64,000 nucleotides of DNA from Moniliella sp. 'wahieum' (GCA_003971905.1 RSEE01000038.1:310001-374000); one strand, 5' to 3'; shown: positions 13,708 to 25,991, numbered from the stretch's first letter. Notes: a model not told the origin generated them from the letters alone. Numbers and translations are program-made.

Positions 13708-14691
13708 AGGAGGTCAAACCTGCAGTGATCCGCTAATTCCTTTTTTGGTGGCCCGTATCGATCCGTGCTCTTTAATGGAATCCATGCTTGCCTCATGCAT
13801 CATGCTCATGTTGGTCGGTAGTTGTCTTGCGCTCATCCAAACTAGCCCCCTCCCCCCCCCACCAACCATGCATGCCCCGGCTCCCGCCCCTGCTATCCCT
13901 ACCTCCTCTCCCCGCCACGATTTCCGCTATCCTCGCTCCTCAAATCCGCGGTACACTGCATGCCCACAGCTGTCGATAGTGAGACTGTAAAAACGGGGTA
14001 GGTGGCATCTACTGTTGAGTCTAAGAAACCAAATACATCGAATGGACACAGCGGATAGCCTCCTCCTTCTATCTTGAACCAAACCAGAAGAGACGGACGA
14101 GTGGACGAGAGGAGCCAAAAAACCGAGGAAGGAAAGTAACAAGGGCGAAATACGAAAGTTGGCGCGGGGCGATCGGCCTATTCAACGACTTGGCGGGCGC
14201 ACAGAAAGTGTCGAAGATGCAGAGCGCCGTTCCTACCTGTTCCGAAAGATGGCGGGATCCAGTGACTCTGGAGGATGGCCTCACGAGGACCAAAGTCTTG
14301 GGGACTATGGGGCAAGGGAAACAAAGTCGTCGCACCTGTAGCGGACCAACGGGAGGGTGGGGGGTGTGGTCGGAAAGGCGATGGAGGAGAAGCGGTCGTT
14401 CCCAAGCGAAACCAAGAAAGAGGAAAGAGGAAAGAGGAAGAAGAAAGAAGAAAGAAGAGGAAGGAAAGAAGAAAGAGGAAAGAAAGAAGAGGAAAAGTGG
14501 AGGGCGAAACAGGTCACTCGATGCGGCGTCGTTTGGTCTCGGTCCGCTCGGCGCATTCGCTCTACCCACGCGCGCCTGGCGCCAAGGGCGACGAGACGAA
14601 CGAGACGAACGAGACGAGGTAGCTTGGGCGGAAGAGCGGTGAGAGCGAGCTGGTCCGGCACGCTCGGCCGGCGCGGCGGACAGGCTCGTCT

Positions 14692-17600
14692 CTAGTAATG
14701 CGCATCGCCACACTCGTTGCAAATTGGGTCGGCGGGCATCCACAGCCGGTCCGACAGCCGCGGCGTTCCTCCGTGTCCGCAGGCGAGTCCCGGCGTTGGC
14801 CGATTGCAGCGAGACGCAAGGGGGGATGGGCACGTCGTGCGCCTCAGAACTGTGGCGGGAAGAAGGCCGCGGTGGCTCAGGCTCGTCCCCGACCGCTCGT
14901 CCCTAGCCCGCTGGCCCTCGCCCGCTCGTCCTCGCCGCTCGTACCGCTCCGCACTGTACCGCTCAGGACCATAGCGCTCACGATCGTAACCGCTCATTAG
15001 TCGTACCGTGACGATGTACCGCGCCACTCGCGGTCGTATCGTCCGGCCATACCTCTCGCGGTCCATTCGGTCAGACTCGTATCGGCCGTGGTCGTACCGG
15101 TCGTGATCGTACCGGTCGTGGTCATACCGCGAGTGGTCGTGCCGGCCGGGGCTGTCTGTGCCGCGCGAGAAAGAGCGAGAGGGAAGGTGCCTGTCCCACT
15201 CCATACGTGAGTGGGATGAGCGTTCGCCCCATCTGCTTCGGCGTGGGCGGAAGGGTGGGGGTGTTCCGAGTCCAAGGGTGGAGGGGAGAAGGAAGTGCGG
15301 GCTTTGGGAGGGGGGTAGTCGGACGACAGGGCCCTGTTGGGAGCAGGACTTCGGCGGGGGGCTCGATGAGATGGCGGCCTGGACGTAGAGCCATTGGGCT
15401 CCACGCTCGACCGTCTGCGGGATGGCGCGGGTGCTAGTTCAGGCGAAGCGGGTCGAGGAAATGGGGCAGAGTGGTGGATAGGCGAGGGGGGCGTGGTTTC
15501 GGGGAAGGAGAGCGAATGGGCCGGACGTGGGCCGTTGATCGACGGGGGCTAGCACTTGTTGTGCCCCTTGCGTATTGGAGGAAGGGGGATGGAGAGCCGA
15601 AGGGGATGGAGTGAGAGTTGGAGCTGTTGAAGCAGGAACTGAGGCCAAAGATTTAGAAGGTGCATCAGGGGGCAGGGTCCATCTGATGCCTTGGTCGTCA
15701 GAGAACCGATCGGTAAAGAGCTGGACAAACTCGGGCCAGCTCATTTCCGAGTCCTGCTCAAATGCCTGGGTAAGCTTGGAGTACCAATGGGACGCTGGCC
15801 CAGAGGCAAAGCCGCTGAGATTGTTTGTAGCAGTTGCGCGCCAGAGAGAGATGCATGGATCGCCTGCTGTGCTTCAAGCCATTGGCCAGCATCTTCGTCG
15901 TGCGTATCGGTGGAACGACCGGTGGCGGATCCTGAGCTGGGCGGACGACAGCGGCCTGGGAACGGGGCCCACCCTCGGCAGTTGACGGCGACGCAGACTT
16001 CGACGTGGGTGCGGATTGACGAGCAGAAGGGGGTGGGAGGATAAAAGGATGGGATGACATTGAAGAGCCCGTCGTCTCCGCCGCAGTCAAGCTAGAAGAG
16101 CGTTGTTGGGAGGCAAGAACTGCTCCATGACTGTCGAACTCAACTTGCGAGCTTTGCCGCGTCGTGATCGAAGGCTCGACCTGTTGAGCCAGCTTGCTTT
16201 GTTGAACTTGCTGAGCTCGCTGAGCTGATTTGATCTCTTCAGCCAGTTTGGCCCTTCTGCCCGTCTGGCCTCTTGTGCTAGCTTGGCCTCCTGTGCGAGC
16301 TTGGCCTCCTGTGCGAGCTTGGCCTCCTGTGCGAGCTTGGCCTCCTGTGCTAGCTTGGCCTCTTGTGCCAGCTTGGCCTCTTGTGCTAGCTTGGCCTCCT
16401 GTGCTAGCTTGGCCTCCTGTGTCAGCCTAGCTTCTGCCTGCCGAAGCTCTTTCGCCAACCTGGCTTGCATACGGGCAAGACTGTCCTCTAGTGTTTGTTT
16501 CCTGCTCAGCCACGGCGGCCTCTCGTGCCTGTTCGGCTTCTCGTGCCAGTTCGGCTTGTCGTGCCCGTTCGGCTTCTCGTTCCCGCGCTAGTTTGGCATC
16601 CCGTACCAACTTGGCCTCGTGCACCAGTCGGGCCTCAAGGCCCAACCTGTCTTCGTGCGCCAACATGGCCTCTTGAGCCTGCTGCGCCTGCCGTTCCTCC
16701 AGATCGCGTAGATCCTGTTGCGTTGGGTCAACCAGTGGTTTGACCTGTTCCGTTGGGGCCGGTTGGGCCTGCTGAGCTGGTGAAGAAACCTGGGGCAGCT
16801 CGCACTTGTTTGCCTGATTTGGGTCGACTTGAATCGTGCCAGTTCGTCCTGTACCATAGTCCGTACTTCATCTCGCAAGGACGGCCGTGCCCGCTCGAGG
16901 GAAGCCTGGGTAGCTTTCTGCGCTTCCTGTTGGGAGCAACGGCTGCACTTCCTTTTCCATCTCGGTTTGGACGAGCGGGCGGAGCTCGTTGGCGAGTGCG
17001 GTGCAAACATATGGACGAATGTTCTGTTCGAGCTCGGCACGGATCACCCGATGCATCTCCTTCTCCACCTCGGTGTGCACCAAGGGCTGCACTTGTTTCT
17101 CCATCGCTGTGCGCACTTGATTTTCCAAAGGGGCACAAGCTCGGCTTTCACCTCTCCCCGAATGCGGTCCATTTCTTGGGGTACCATATCCCGTACCCAC
17201 CGCATCGCGCTCACCTGGATGGCCTTGCTCCCTCCGCTGGTCCACCCCAGTTCCTCCAGCGCGGAGGACAAGGAGGCGCGGGAGAGCAAGGTGGCTTTGA
17301 CTTCGGCCAACGCACGCATCTTGATATCGCCCTGCACTGTATTCTGGACTTGCTCCAAGGCAGTCTGTTGTGCCTGCTCCATCGCCTCGATGCGCAAGCG
17401 CCAATCGTTTTCCAGCGCTTGGATCCGTTCCTCGGTATTGGCCGACCAGGCACGTTGGTTGCGCACCTCTCCTTGTTGGACTCGGCCAGCGCATTGGTAA
17501 CGCCCAACAAGAGTTTATTGTACAACTCTTCCTTCATCCCGCGCGATTCGTCCGCCACGCGCACCACTTCCTCCCCCAACGCCAACGCCACCTGTTCGAT

Positions 17601-18005
17601 CTGGCCAAAGGCCAAGGCGATCTGCTGTGCCCACTCGGGCCCGGTCGAACGCAACTTGTGCGCCACAATGTGGTAGGCCAACCGCTTGACCTGGACCGTA
17701 GCGCGCTGGGAAAGGCCCGGGCCGTCCGGAAGCGGTTGACGGGGGGGGAGGGATATTTTCTTGTAGCGGCGAATGGGTTTCGTCCGACCACTGCCGCACC
17801 AAGTCGTTCATCGTTTTCCTCCAGTCGGAGGCGGGCGCAGGGTCGGATGCAGGCGGGGGGCTAAGCACGTCGGCGGGGCTCGAGGTGTGGAAGGCAGAAC
17901 GCCGACTCTGCCCGGACGCACTGCGGCCCATGATTCTGACGCCCAAGTCTTCGTTGTGGAGCCGCCCCAGGAGGGGTTGTCGGTTGGCAAGCCCGAGTCG
18001 CTCAT
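14692..18005 (-). CDS. Large hypothetical coiled-coil protein with (AKLAQE)n repeat, retrotransposon-Gag-like segment and RD/Y-rich tail
   Basis: Consecutive minus-strand ORF fragments (17808-18170, 17211-17681, 17044-17466, 16868-17494, 16427-16666, 16087-16470, 15439-15744, 14692-15204) join across indels. The probable start is MSDSGLPTDNPSW at 18005. The 3' end is uncertain. Confidence 0.7.
16267..16428 (-). repeat. 18-bp coding tandem repeat, about 8-9 units, encoding (AKLAQE)n
   Basis: The plus-strand unit is GGCCTC(C/T)TGTGC(G/T/C)AGCTT. Variation among the core units falls at synonymous positions of the minus-strand frame. Confidence 0.95.
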
Positions 18006-19100
18006 GGTGCGAGGGGAGAGGGGGGAGGGGACGTGCCAGATGGCCGGGCGGGGGGGGGGGTGGCGGAGGGCGTGCTGGAGGGGCGTGCGCGTGCTCAGCC
18101 GAACGCCGGGGGGCGTGAGAAACGGTGGTGGGAGTAACCGGCACAAAGGCGCGGCCGGCTGAAGCAACACCTGGGCGAGCAGAGCGAGTGCGTGTGGCTA
18201 ACCTCCAGCCAGGCTGGGGACTTAGACTTGCGCCGGAGCTTCAGGCTCTGGCTCAAGGCGAACAGTTTTCAATTTTTCTGCGCGTGCTTTTTTCGTTTCT
18301 TTCTGTTCTTTCCGCCTGGGGTTTCTTCGGTTGGCTGATTGCCTGCTTTCTGGGCTCACCTAGTCAGCAGTCCCAGTCAGCGTTCCCACACTGAGATCCC
18401 ACTGCCGCTTTTGTTCTCGCCAAGTCAGCAGCCCAATCATTAATCAGCAAGCAGCAGTCAACGCTCCACCTCAACATCAACATCAACATCAAAACACCAC
18501 TTGCCGATTCCAGCGCACCCTCCAACAAACGCCTCACGACCTCCCCATAGCATGCCCGCCATAGAGCTATTATTAGTTTAAACCGAGAGGCAGCCGCATT
18601 GCCATGTCTGCGGGACCATATAAAATGCATCATGCATACAGCAAAGGACTGGCAACGCCCGGATCTCGTGTCGGCCCCTTGCGAGCTCCAATCCCAACCC
18701 ACCGAGAAACGGAGAGTGGTGCTACCAACCAAGCAAAGAGATCGAGCCCAACAGCGGGCACCTGGCAATTGGCAACATTCGCGACCTGACAGACCGAGCC
18801 ATATGTAAACCTAGGTGAGGGAACGCCAACGGCCCAGGAGACAGGGCAAAAAAGAGGGACAAGGAAAGATAGATGGGGCGAAACGGGGTAGTCGTAAGGA
18901 AAGTAAAAGGGTAAATGGGAAAAGGTAGAGGAAACAAAAGCAAAACGAAGAGGAACAGCCAAGCGAAGAAAAAAAGAGCAAAGCAAAGCAAAGCAAACCA
19001 GACCAGACCAGCGATCCAATTTGATGCCACGCCATGGACTGATGATTGACGCTCCAACGAATGGAATTTAATCTGTGGCAAAGGTGGGATTTACGCATTA

Positions 19101-21469
19101 TTACGCCTCCGCCGTAGGTGGGAGCGGTGTGGAAGTAGGCTGGGGCGAGTCGGACGTGGGCGTAGGAGCATCAGCGTCCGACGAGGGTTTGGCCAAAATC
19201 GCCTCCACGTCCGTCGCTTGCGTCTGATCTTCCTTCAACGCACCACAATCGCATCAATCATCTTGAAGCCCAGGGACCTTGGGGGAAACAGATGAAATTG
19301 GTCACCTCGTGCGACGCACCAAACTTGGTCCGGAACGAGCCCTTGGAAGCCAAGTGGAACGTTTTGCTCAGAGCATTGTAGGCGGCAGTCACGGTGGTAA
19401 ACCGCAGGCCCACGTGCATGTTCCGACCCGGTTTCAACTCCCCGCCCGAAATGCCAAAGGAGAGCGAAGTGCACACGGGACGTTTGCTTTCGTCCCAATG
19501 GCCGACGCCTTGTCCGCCCCCTGCAGAGGAAACAAGGCAGCCGAGGACGTGTCGACGCTCGATGCGGTCGACTTGACTTGCATCGGCGTCGGCTCTGGCA
19601 CCGCGAGCACCGTCGCTTGGGGCGTGTGTGAAGGCGTTGTGTCAGAAGCTGGCGTGGCCCCTTCGGACTGCCCTCTTGCTTCCCATTCTCAGTGGCCGAA
19701 GGTTCTTCGGCTTGCTTGGCTCTGTTAAGCGTGTTGACAGGGGCCTGAACTGCAATGATTTTGCCTGGGGCCGCACTCGTACCAGCTTCGGTCACCTGCG
19801 AAGTGGAAGGACCGTTCTGTGATGGAGCCTGGGCCTGAGTTTGAGTTTGAGTTTGAGCCTGAGCTTGAGCTTGGGCTGCCTCCTGCCGAGCCTTACGGGC
19901 CCGACGAGCCTTTTCACGGTTGGACAGAGGCTTATCCTCTTCCTTTGGTTTCTTGGACGGCGTCGGCCAATCGGGCGAGCCAGCATCGCGCAACCGTTCA
20001 AGCACATGAACAATCAAGCACTCGGACGTGCCCTTGACGTCCTGGTCAAACTCCAACAGCCACTTGACCACATACTTGCCCTCCGCAATCGGTGCCAAGA
20101 CACACATCCCCACCACCTTTTCATCTTCGTGGTAGTCCAGCAACACGTTGGGCACACTCAAGTTGGACTGGCTCGTCGCCGTGCTCTTCCCCCCGTAGTG
20201 AGGTTGCCTGCACTGGCAGCGGGCTTGCCGGGTGCCCTGGCCTCCTCTTCCTCCGGAGGTGTTCGGGGCGCAACAGCGTAAAAGTACTTGCGGTGGCTCA
20301 GGTCACGCCACGGTTCCGTATCGGACGCATGGATTTGAGCCCCTTTGGCCGCCTTGGATTCTTTCCAGGTCAAGATGCCTTCTTCCACTTGTGCGCGTGT
20401 GAGGGCCGAGGAGCCATCGACAATGGGGTCAGGGAAGCGGCCATGGGCCTCAACAATCCGCAGCCCCTTGCGATGCGCCTTGCGCAACTTGGTCCGGACA
20501 AACTTCTCCGTCTGGTCCACATGGAACTGCCGCGGGTCCACCGCGTCTTCATGGATGCAGGTCAACCCGGACCAATCCAAGCTGGCACCGGCACTGAGCT
20601 TGCTAGCGCCCACCAGAGGCTCGTCCCCAATGACGTGCGGATGTGCACGGGTAAGCACATCCATAAAGTCCTCCGAGCAGCAGGACCAGAGCGGCCGCTT
20701 GCCCTCCGATTCAACCTTGTGCACCCACCGCTGTGCCACATACGCGTAGTTGTCCGGGTGGCAAAGCGGGTTGCCCCATGCAATCGCATAGGTTTGCTTG
20801 CCGTCGGGGGAATTGAGAAGATAGCCCACGTAGGCACACTTCTCAACCGGGTCTGCAACCGCATCGGCAAGTCAGTGTCAGTTCGCAATAGCAACAAGGC
20901 GTGAGATGGGGCGGGGACGTACCGTGTCGCCGTGCTGGTGGCAGGGGCAGCTCGAATATAGTGTACATCGGCTCGGTCCAGGCAGTGTTGGTGGCGGTAC
21001 CGTACAAGGGCAACAGGGAGGGCAAGAGGGGATACGGAGCAATGTTGCCCGAGCCAGGCTCGTGAAGTCGGCCATTGTTGGAGAACAAGTCGCGGAACTG
21101 GGCAGGGATTTCGGCGCCACCGGCGAGGTTGGCAGCCGAGGAGGCTTGGTTCAATGTGTTCCGGCTTCCTTCTGGATTGGTTGCGCGGGTAACGGAACTG
21201 CCCTCGGCGTCAGCCTCAGGGACAGAAGACGAGTCGGGCTCGACACTGCTGCTGAGACGGGACTGGGACGAGTGGTTGCCCAGGGGACCCGAGTGGAGGA
21301 GGGGGTGGAGCTTGTGGCGGATGGAGCCCAAGTTGCGCGAAAGGCGACTGCCGCTGAACGAGTGGCGGGGGGACCGGGGGGGAGAAGCATCAGCAGAGGC
21401 AGAGGGGCGAGAGGCGGCAAAGGACGCGCGGGGGGAGGCGAAGGAGCGGCGGGGCTGGTGCTGACTCAT
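19101..21469 (-). CDS. Free-standing DUF2156 (LPG_synthase_C) aminoacyl-tRNA transferase of the ErdS type, without an AspRS domain
   Basis: LLPLYGTATNTAWTEPMYTIF, intron 20853-20922, VGYLL...YAIAWGNPLCHP...RPLW...WSGLTCIHED...WKESKAAKGAQIHASDTEPWRDLSHRKYFYA...VKWLLEF...GTSECLI...LSFG...YNALSKTFHLASKGSFRTKFGA...ICFP..LG. These follow the motif order recalled for the ErdS C-terminal domain. The N-terminus may extend to about 21693 through a frameshift. Confidence 0.85.
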
Positions 21470-21559
21470 GCGGCGGGCGACAGGCGACGCATTGCGGGTG
21501 GGACCCGTGCTGGGTTGCTGCTTGTCGGCGGTCTGGGCTTGTGGCGGGGATTGTTGCTG

Positions 21560-21645
21560 GGGCTGGGACTGGGGCTGGGCCGAAGACTTGGACTGGGGCT
21601 GGGGCGAAGACTTGGACTGGGTCTGGGACGAAGGCTTGGACTGGG
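21560..21645. repeat. 24-bp tandem repeat (about 3 units) at the 5' end of the DUF2156 gene
   Basis: CGAAGACTTGGACTGGGGCTGGGG-like units; on the minus strand they could encode PSPSLRPS. Confidence 0.8.
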
Positions 21646-23797
21646 AGGGAGTGTGGCTGTGGGGAGCGCGCGCGTACGAATGGCATCGAGCATGGCCGGG
21701 GGGCTGGCACGCGAGAGAGGCGGTGGTGGTGGTGGCAGCAAGCGCAGCAGAGAAGCGGCGGCTGAGGCTGAGCGCTGTGTAATTAATAGCTTGTGGAGGG
21801 GGCGGGGCACTGGGCTAGTGCGGCGCAGGCACTGGCTGGGCTGCTGCGGGGGAGCTCGGATGTTCAAATCATCAATCTCACATGCTGGTGTTCGTGCATG
21901 CGGCATGCATGCAGCCATGCTTAGCGCTTCTTCATGCCTAAGGCCTAAGGCTTAGGCCTAAGGCTTAGGCCGAATGCTAATGCCTGTCCAAGCTCCCAGC
22001 CGCCACCGCATGTGTCACATGTCACATGTCACATGTCACACCCATCCCACTGCCACAGCCGGCCGCGGGCAGCCCACGCATGCCTAGCATGACTCGACGC
22101 ATGACTCGACGCATGACTCGACCGCCTGCCTGCGCCTGCCGCAGCTGGCCACGCCGTCTCTCGGGAGCCTGGCAGGACGCCTCAGATGCTCTCGATCCTC
22201 AGGTCTCACGCCCAGCAGCCCCGCGCGTAGGGCAGACTGCGGCGCACCAGCACGCACCCATGCGCCTACGCCCCTTGGCGCTGCTGTTCGCAGCCGCCGC
22301 AGTCAGGCGCCCGTGATGCGCTCATAGCCCCGCACGGGGGCAGCCGTGCGCCACCCGGTGCGCTCCGCCCGCTTCCCGCTCCCGGCTTCCGACTGCCTCG
22401 GAGACGCGCGCACGCCTCCGAAACACGCACCAGCACCAATTCTATCCGCAGGCAGCACTACGCTGCAGAATCTCAGACGCATTACGTACATTGTCATGCC
22501 CAGCTGCTGCAGGCTGCTGCCCCCGTGCGGCCCGCCAGACCCTGGCTCGGGCCAGTCGACCGGCTAACTCCGCGCAGGCCCGAGCAATTTGCAAGCTGGA
22601 TCACCGGTTAGTGCCCCGCCACGCCAGCCACCGAAAGGCCATCATGCATCATGCAGCATGCATCAGCGTCGTGCATAGCCTCTGCCCCTGTGCCGGAGCA
22701 GGCGAGAGCAGCTCGAGTGCACTGATCGGGCGGGGCGAGGCACAAGTGGAGGCCGCAGCGCCCAGCAGCGCCACCACCAGCCGGCATTGCCTCGCCGAAG
22801 ATGCGAGTAGCTGGTGACCGGCCCAATAGCCACGTCCATACGTCCAGATTCCATGCATCATGTATCACCCACCACCGGTCACCGTCACCGGTGGTCCGCG
22901 GCGTCCAGCCGACGAGTGCCAGCCAGTTTCCTTCCAGCACCCAGCCCTGGCTCGATTGGAATGTGGATCCAGCTTGCTTTTAACCTGGGCAACGGGCACT
23001 TCTTGCCGCTGCCGCCGCCAGCCTTGAAGCACACCGACCTCAGTGACTCCGTGGGGTCGACACTCCAGCGTCTAGTGGCGAATCGACTGTAAGATCTAAG
23101 ACCCGAGGAACCCAAGCAACGGTGGAAAAACTCTGGAAGAGATGCAGATCAGTGCAATCGCGCTGGCGGTTGCTTAGGTGGTTAGGTCTAAGCCTTCTGC
23201 CACACCTGGAAGAAACAGGGGTTCGAACAAGCCAGTGGAGTATACACGTTGAGACCTCGGAGAGGCCAAATAAGGGGCAATGGGTGAAGGCCCAATAAGG
23301 CGCCTACTCGGGTCCCACCATCGACAGATCAATTTAGTTGGATCGTACTCCCCATTCCCGTACATATTCTTTTTGGGCGCCGCGGATCAGCACACGAAAC
23401 TAACACTTTGCCAGAACGTCCAGCAGGATCGCAGCCGCCGCTGTGCCCATTTCCCTAAACCGGCCATGTTGGTCTAAGATACTAGCAGGACACCTTGCCG
23501 GCCTCCAAAGACGGAATCCAAGGCCCCATAATACATCACCAGCACGAAGCGATACTAACAACACTGGCAGCTTGGCCGGACCCGACCACACGATGTTCTG
23601 TCGCGTCCGGTTGACCCAAATCGGGGAACCTGTGAAACGCCTCCATGCTTCACCTTTCACCTTTCACGTTCACCCTTCACGCCTTCTTATGTACTCCCCG
23701 CCGCAAGTTCGCCAAGCGCCACTTGCCCCACTGTGCTCTCCGAGTCACATTTCCGCAGCGTAATCCATTCATACATGACCGCTGGGCCCAAGGACAG

Positions 23798-25654
23798 CTA
23801 GGCGGGAGGCGACGAGACAGACCCCGGTGTTGGCGGGCCCGGGAAGGAGGAGGAAGAGCGTGCGCGGGCCTGGTCGGCGGCCAAGACGGCCTCGGCGTAC
23901 ATCATCTTGTACTTGGCCAGTTCGTCTGCCATCTCATCCCGGGCCAGGTTGGCAACAACAATCTGTTTGGTAAGTTCGACGTGTTCGGCACTTTGGGCGG
24001 TAGCGGCCTCTTCCAATTCGCGTACGCGCGGTCAAGTTCTTGTGGACCAGCTTGAGCGCTTCGGTCTCCCTCCGATGGGCGGCGGCCGCACGCACTTTTT
24101 CATCAAACTCGGACGCATACGTATCGAGATCGAACGTGTCGAGACGCAAAGCGAAGGCTTGGCGAGCAATTCGATCTACATCCACCTCTTCCGTTCCCGC
24201 TTCCTCGGGGTTGAGCGCATCGGCCGCCCAAGGCGCCAGGACCGTGTCGCGCAACAGCGCCAACGCTTCCTCCTGCCCAAGCGCCAACAACCGCGTCTCA
24301 TTCTCCAGCAGCAGCACCAACGCGAATCGGAACAGCACCTCCAGCCCTTCCGCAAACACGGCATCCAACACGCGCCGCGCCAAGGGAGGTGGGAAGCGGT
24401 AGGTAAATGCGGTCATCAGCCATGGCGCCGCATAGTCCGCCACCTTGACTTTGTTCCGAGTCAGGTGGGCATGGAGCAGAGGCGCTTGGTCCTCCACCAG
24501 TCTTGCCAGCTGGTACAGCCTCAACTGGAGCGAGGGCAAGCCGGGCGCATAGTGACCCCTTAGGTCGTACACCCGCATCAGCCGCACCAACGCTCCAAAC
24601 GCTTCTTCGTCCGGCATGGTGCCCACCAAGGCGGCCACGACGTACTGCACTCCGGGGCAAGCGCCACACGCTGGGTCGTCGTAGAGCGAGTAGGCAGCCA
24701 CAATGTTGCCCACCGCCGTAGGCGAGGGGGGCGACGGCGCCTGCATCCACCCCCGAGCGGCGGGGGAGGCAAGCGAACGCAGCACGTCGCGCCGTACCGC
24801 CTGCGCCGCAGGATCGTTCTGTTGTTCTTTGAGATAATACGCATAGATCATCTCAAGCTCTTCGTTCTTGCTTCCCGACATGAGTTGCCACACCATACCG
24901 CGCAACGTATCTGGTACGCCGGCCTGGACCGCAGCCGAAAGTTCGTCGGGATGGTTCCGTGCCACCTCTTGGTAATCGTTCATGACCCGGCCCCAGAACG
25001 TCCAATCAATCCCATCCTCCTCCACTTCCGGCTGGGGTTCGAGCGAGCGCGACGCGCGCCGCGCGCGCTCAAACTCGTTCCGCAGCTCGTCTTGCGCCGC
25101 ACCCTCAGAGGGCACCAACGCGCTCTCTCGCCCCGCCCGCCCGGCCCGACTGGCCTGCTGTGCATTCCATTCGGTCCCAGACGGCGTCGTCGGCGTCGTC
25201 CTCTCCCTGGCCAAGAGAGATGTTGGAGAAGCGGGCCGACTCCCGCTCCTCCTCCAACGAAGCAAACGGGTTGGCCAGCATCGTCCCATCCAGCTCGGTC
25301 ATCATCAGCGTGGGCTCGGCCGACGCTTCGGGGGACTTGGGCGGCGCCCCCTCCGTCTCGGGAGCAGGAGCGTCGAGCGCCTCTTCGGCGGCGCGGCGTT
25401 GGGCTGCCATCAAGGCGCCCGTGCCGGGGGGCGCAACGACATCGTGCAGGTGGACAAGGCGGGCAGGGAGGGGGGAGCGGGCGGCGGCGGGGTCGGCGTT
25501 GGGGTCGGGGTCGAGGTCGGGGAGGGGCTGGTGCGTGCTGCGCCGGTGGGGAGCGGCAGCAGTTTGCGCCCGTGGGGATGGGCGGTTTGGGAGGGTCGGC
25601 GCGCGCGGCGCTGGGGCTCTCGAAGCGGCTGCGGAGGTCGGCGATGCGCGACAT
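23798..25654 (-). CDS. TBC-domain Rab GTPase-activating protein (Gyp5/EVI5-like)
   Basis: IDWTFWGRVMNDYQEVA...GVPDTLRGMVWQLMSGSK...AYSLYDDP...MPDEEAFGALVRLM...YAAPWLMTAF...RVLDAVFAEGLEVLFRFALVLL, followed by a C-terminal coiled coil (LSAEHVELTKQIVVANLARDEMADELAKYKMMYAE). The start is MSRIADLRSRFE. Confidence 0.92.
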
Positions 25655-25991
25655 GGGGCCGGGGCGAGCGGGCGGCAGCGGGCGGTGGTGGGCAGGAGGT
25701 GGGCAGAAGCGCGGTGGCGGCGCCACACTGCTCTGGCGCAGCGCCCGCGTAACCGGGCGGGGGCTTGTCACCGCCGCATCCCAGCGGCGTCGGGCGCTGG
25801 CCAGTGCCACGTAGGGTCACGTGATGCCCCGCCTGCGCCCGCCGCACTGGCCGCGTCTGCGCGCAGGGGCGCCACTTCACACGGGCGCTGTGCCCTGTCG
25901 GCGGGTCTACTAGGAATGGCCGGGACTGCGGCCACGGGATTGGATATGGGACGAGGACGCGTCGGCTATGTGTGGGTCGGCGGCGGCGGGG

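Noticed and set aside
14400..14500. Purine-rich GAA/GGA tract giving K/E/R-rich and F/L/S-rich ORFs
   Set aside because: Low-complexity DNA between convergent genes, most likely 3' UTR or terminator region.
16267..16428. Regular short repeats as a CRISPR-like array
   Set aside because: There are no unique spacers. It is an in-frame coding tandem repeat in a eukaryotic gene.
20092..21955. Long plus-strand ORFs (270 and 349 aa), and similar ones at 2037-2825, 16753-17676, 24822-25814 and 60391-61248
   Set aside because: These are antisense shadows of real GC-rich minus-strand genes, with no recognisable domains.
22087..22122. (GCATGACTCGAC)x3 and simple repeats at about 18470-18495 and 18975-19010
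   Set aside because: Ordinary mini/microsatellites with no further structure. They do not fit the 7-bp palindrome pattern.
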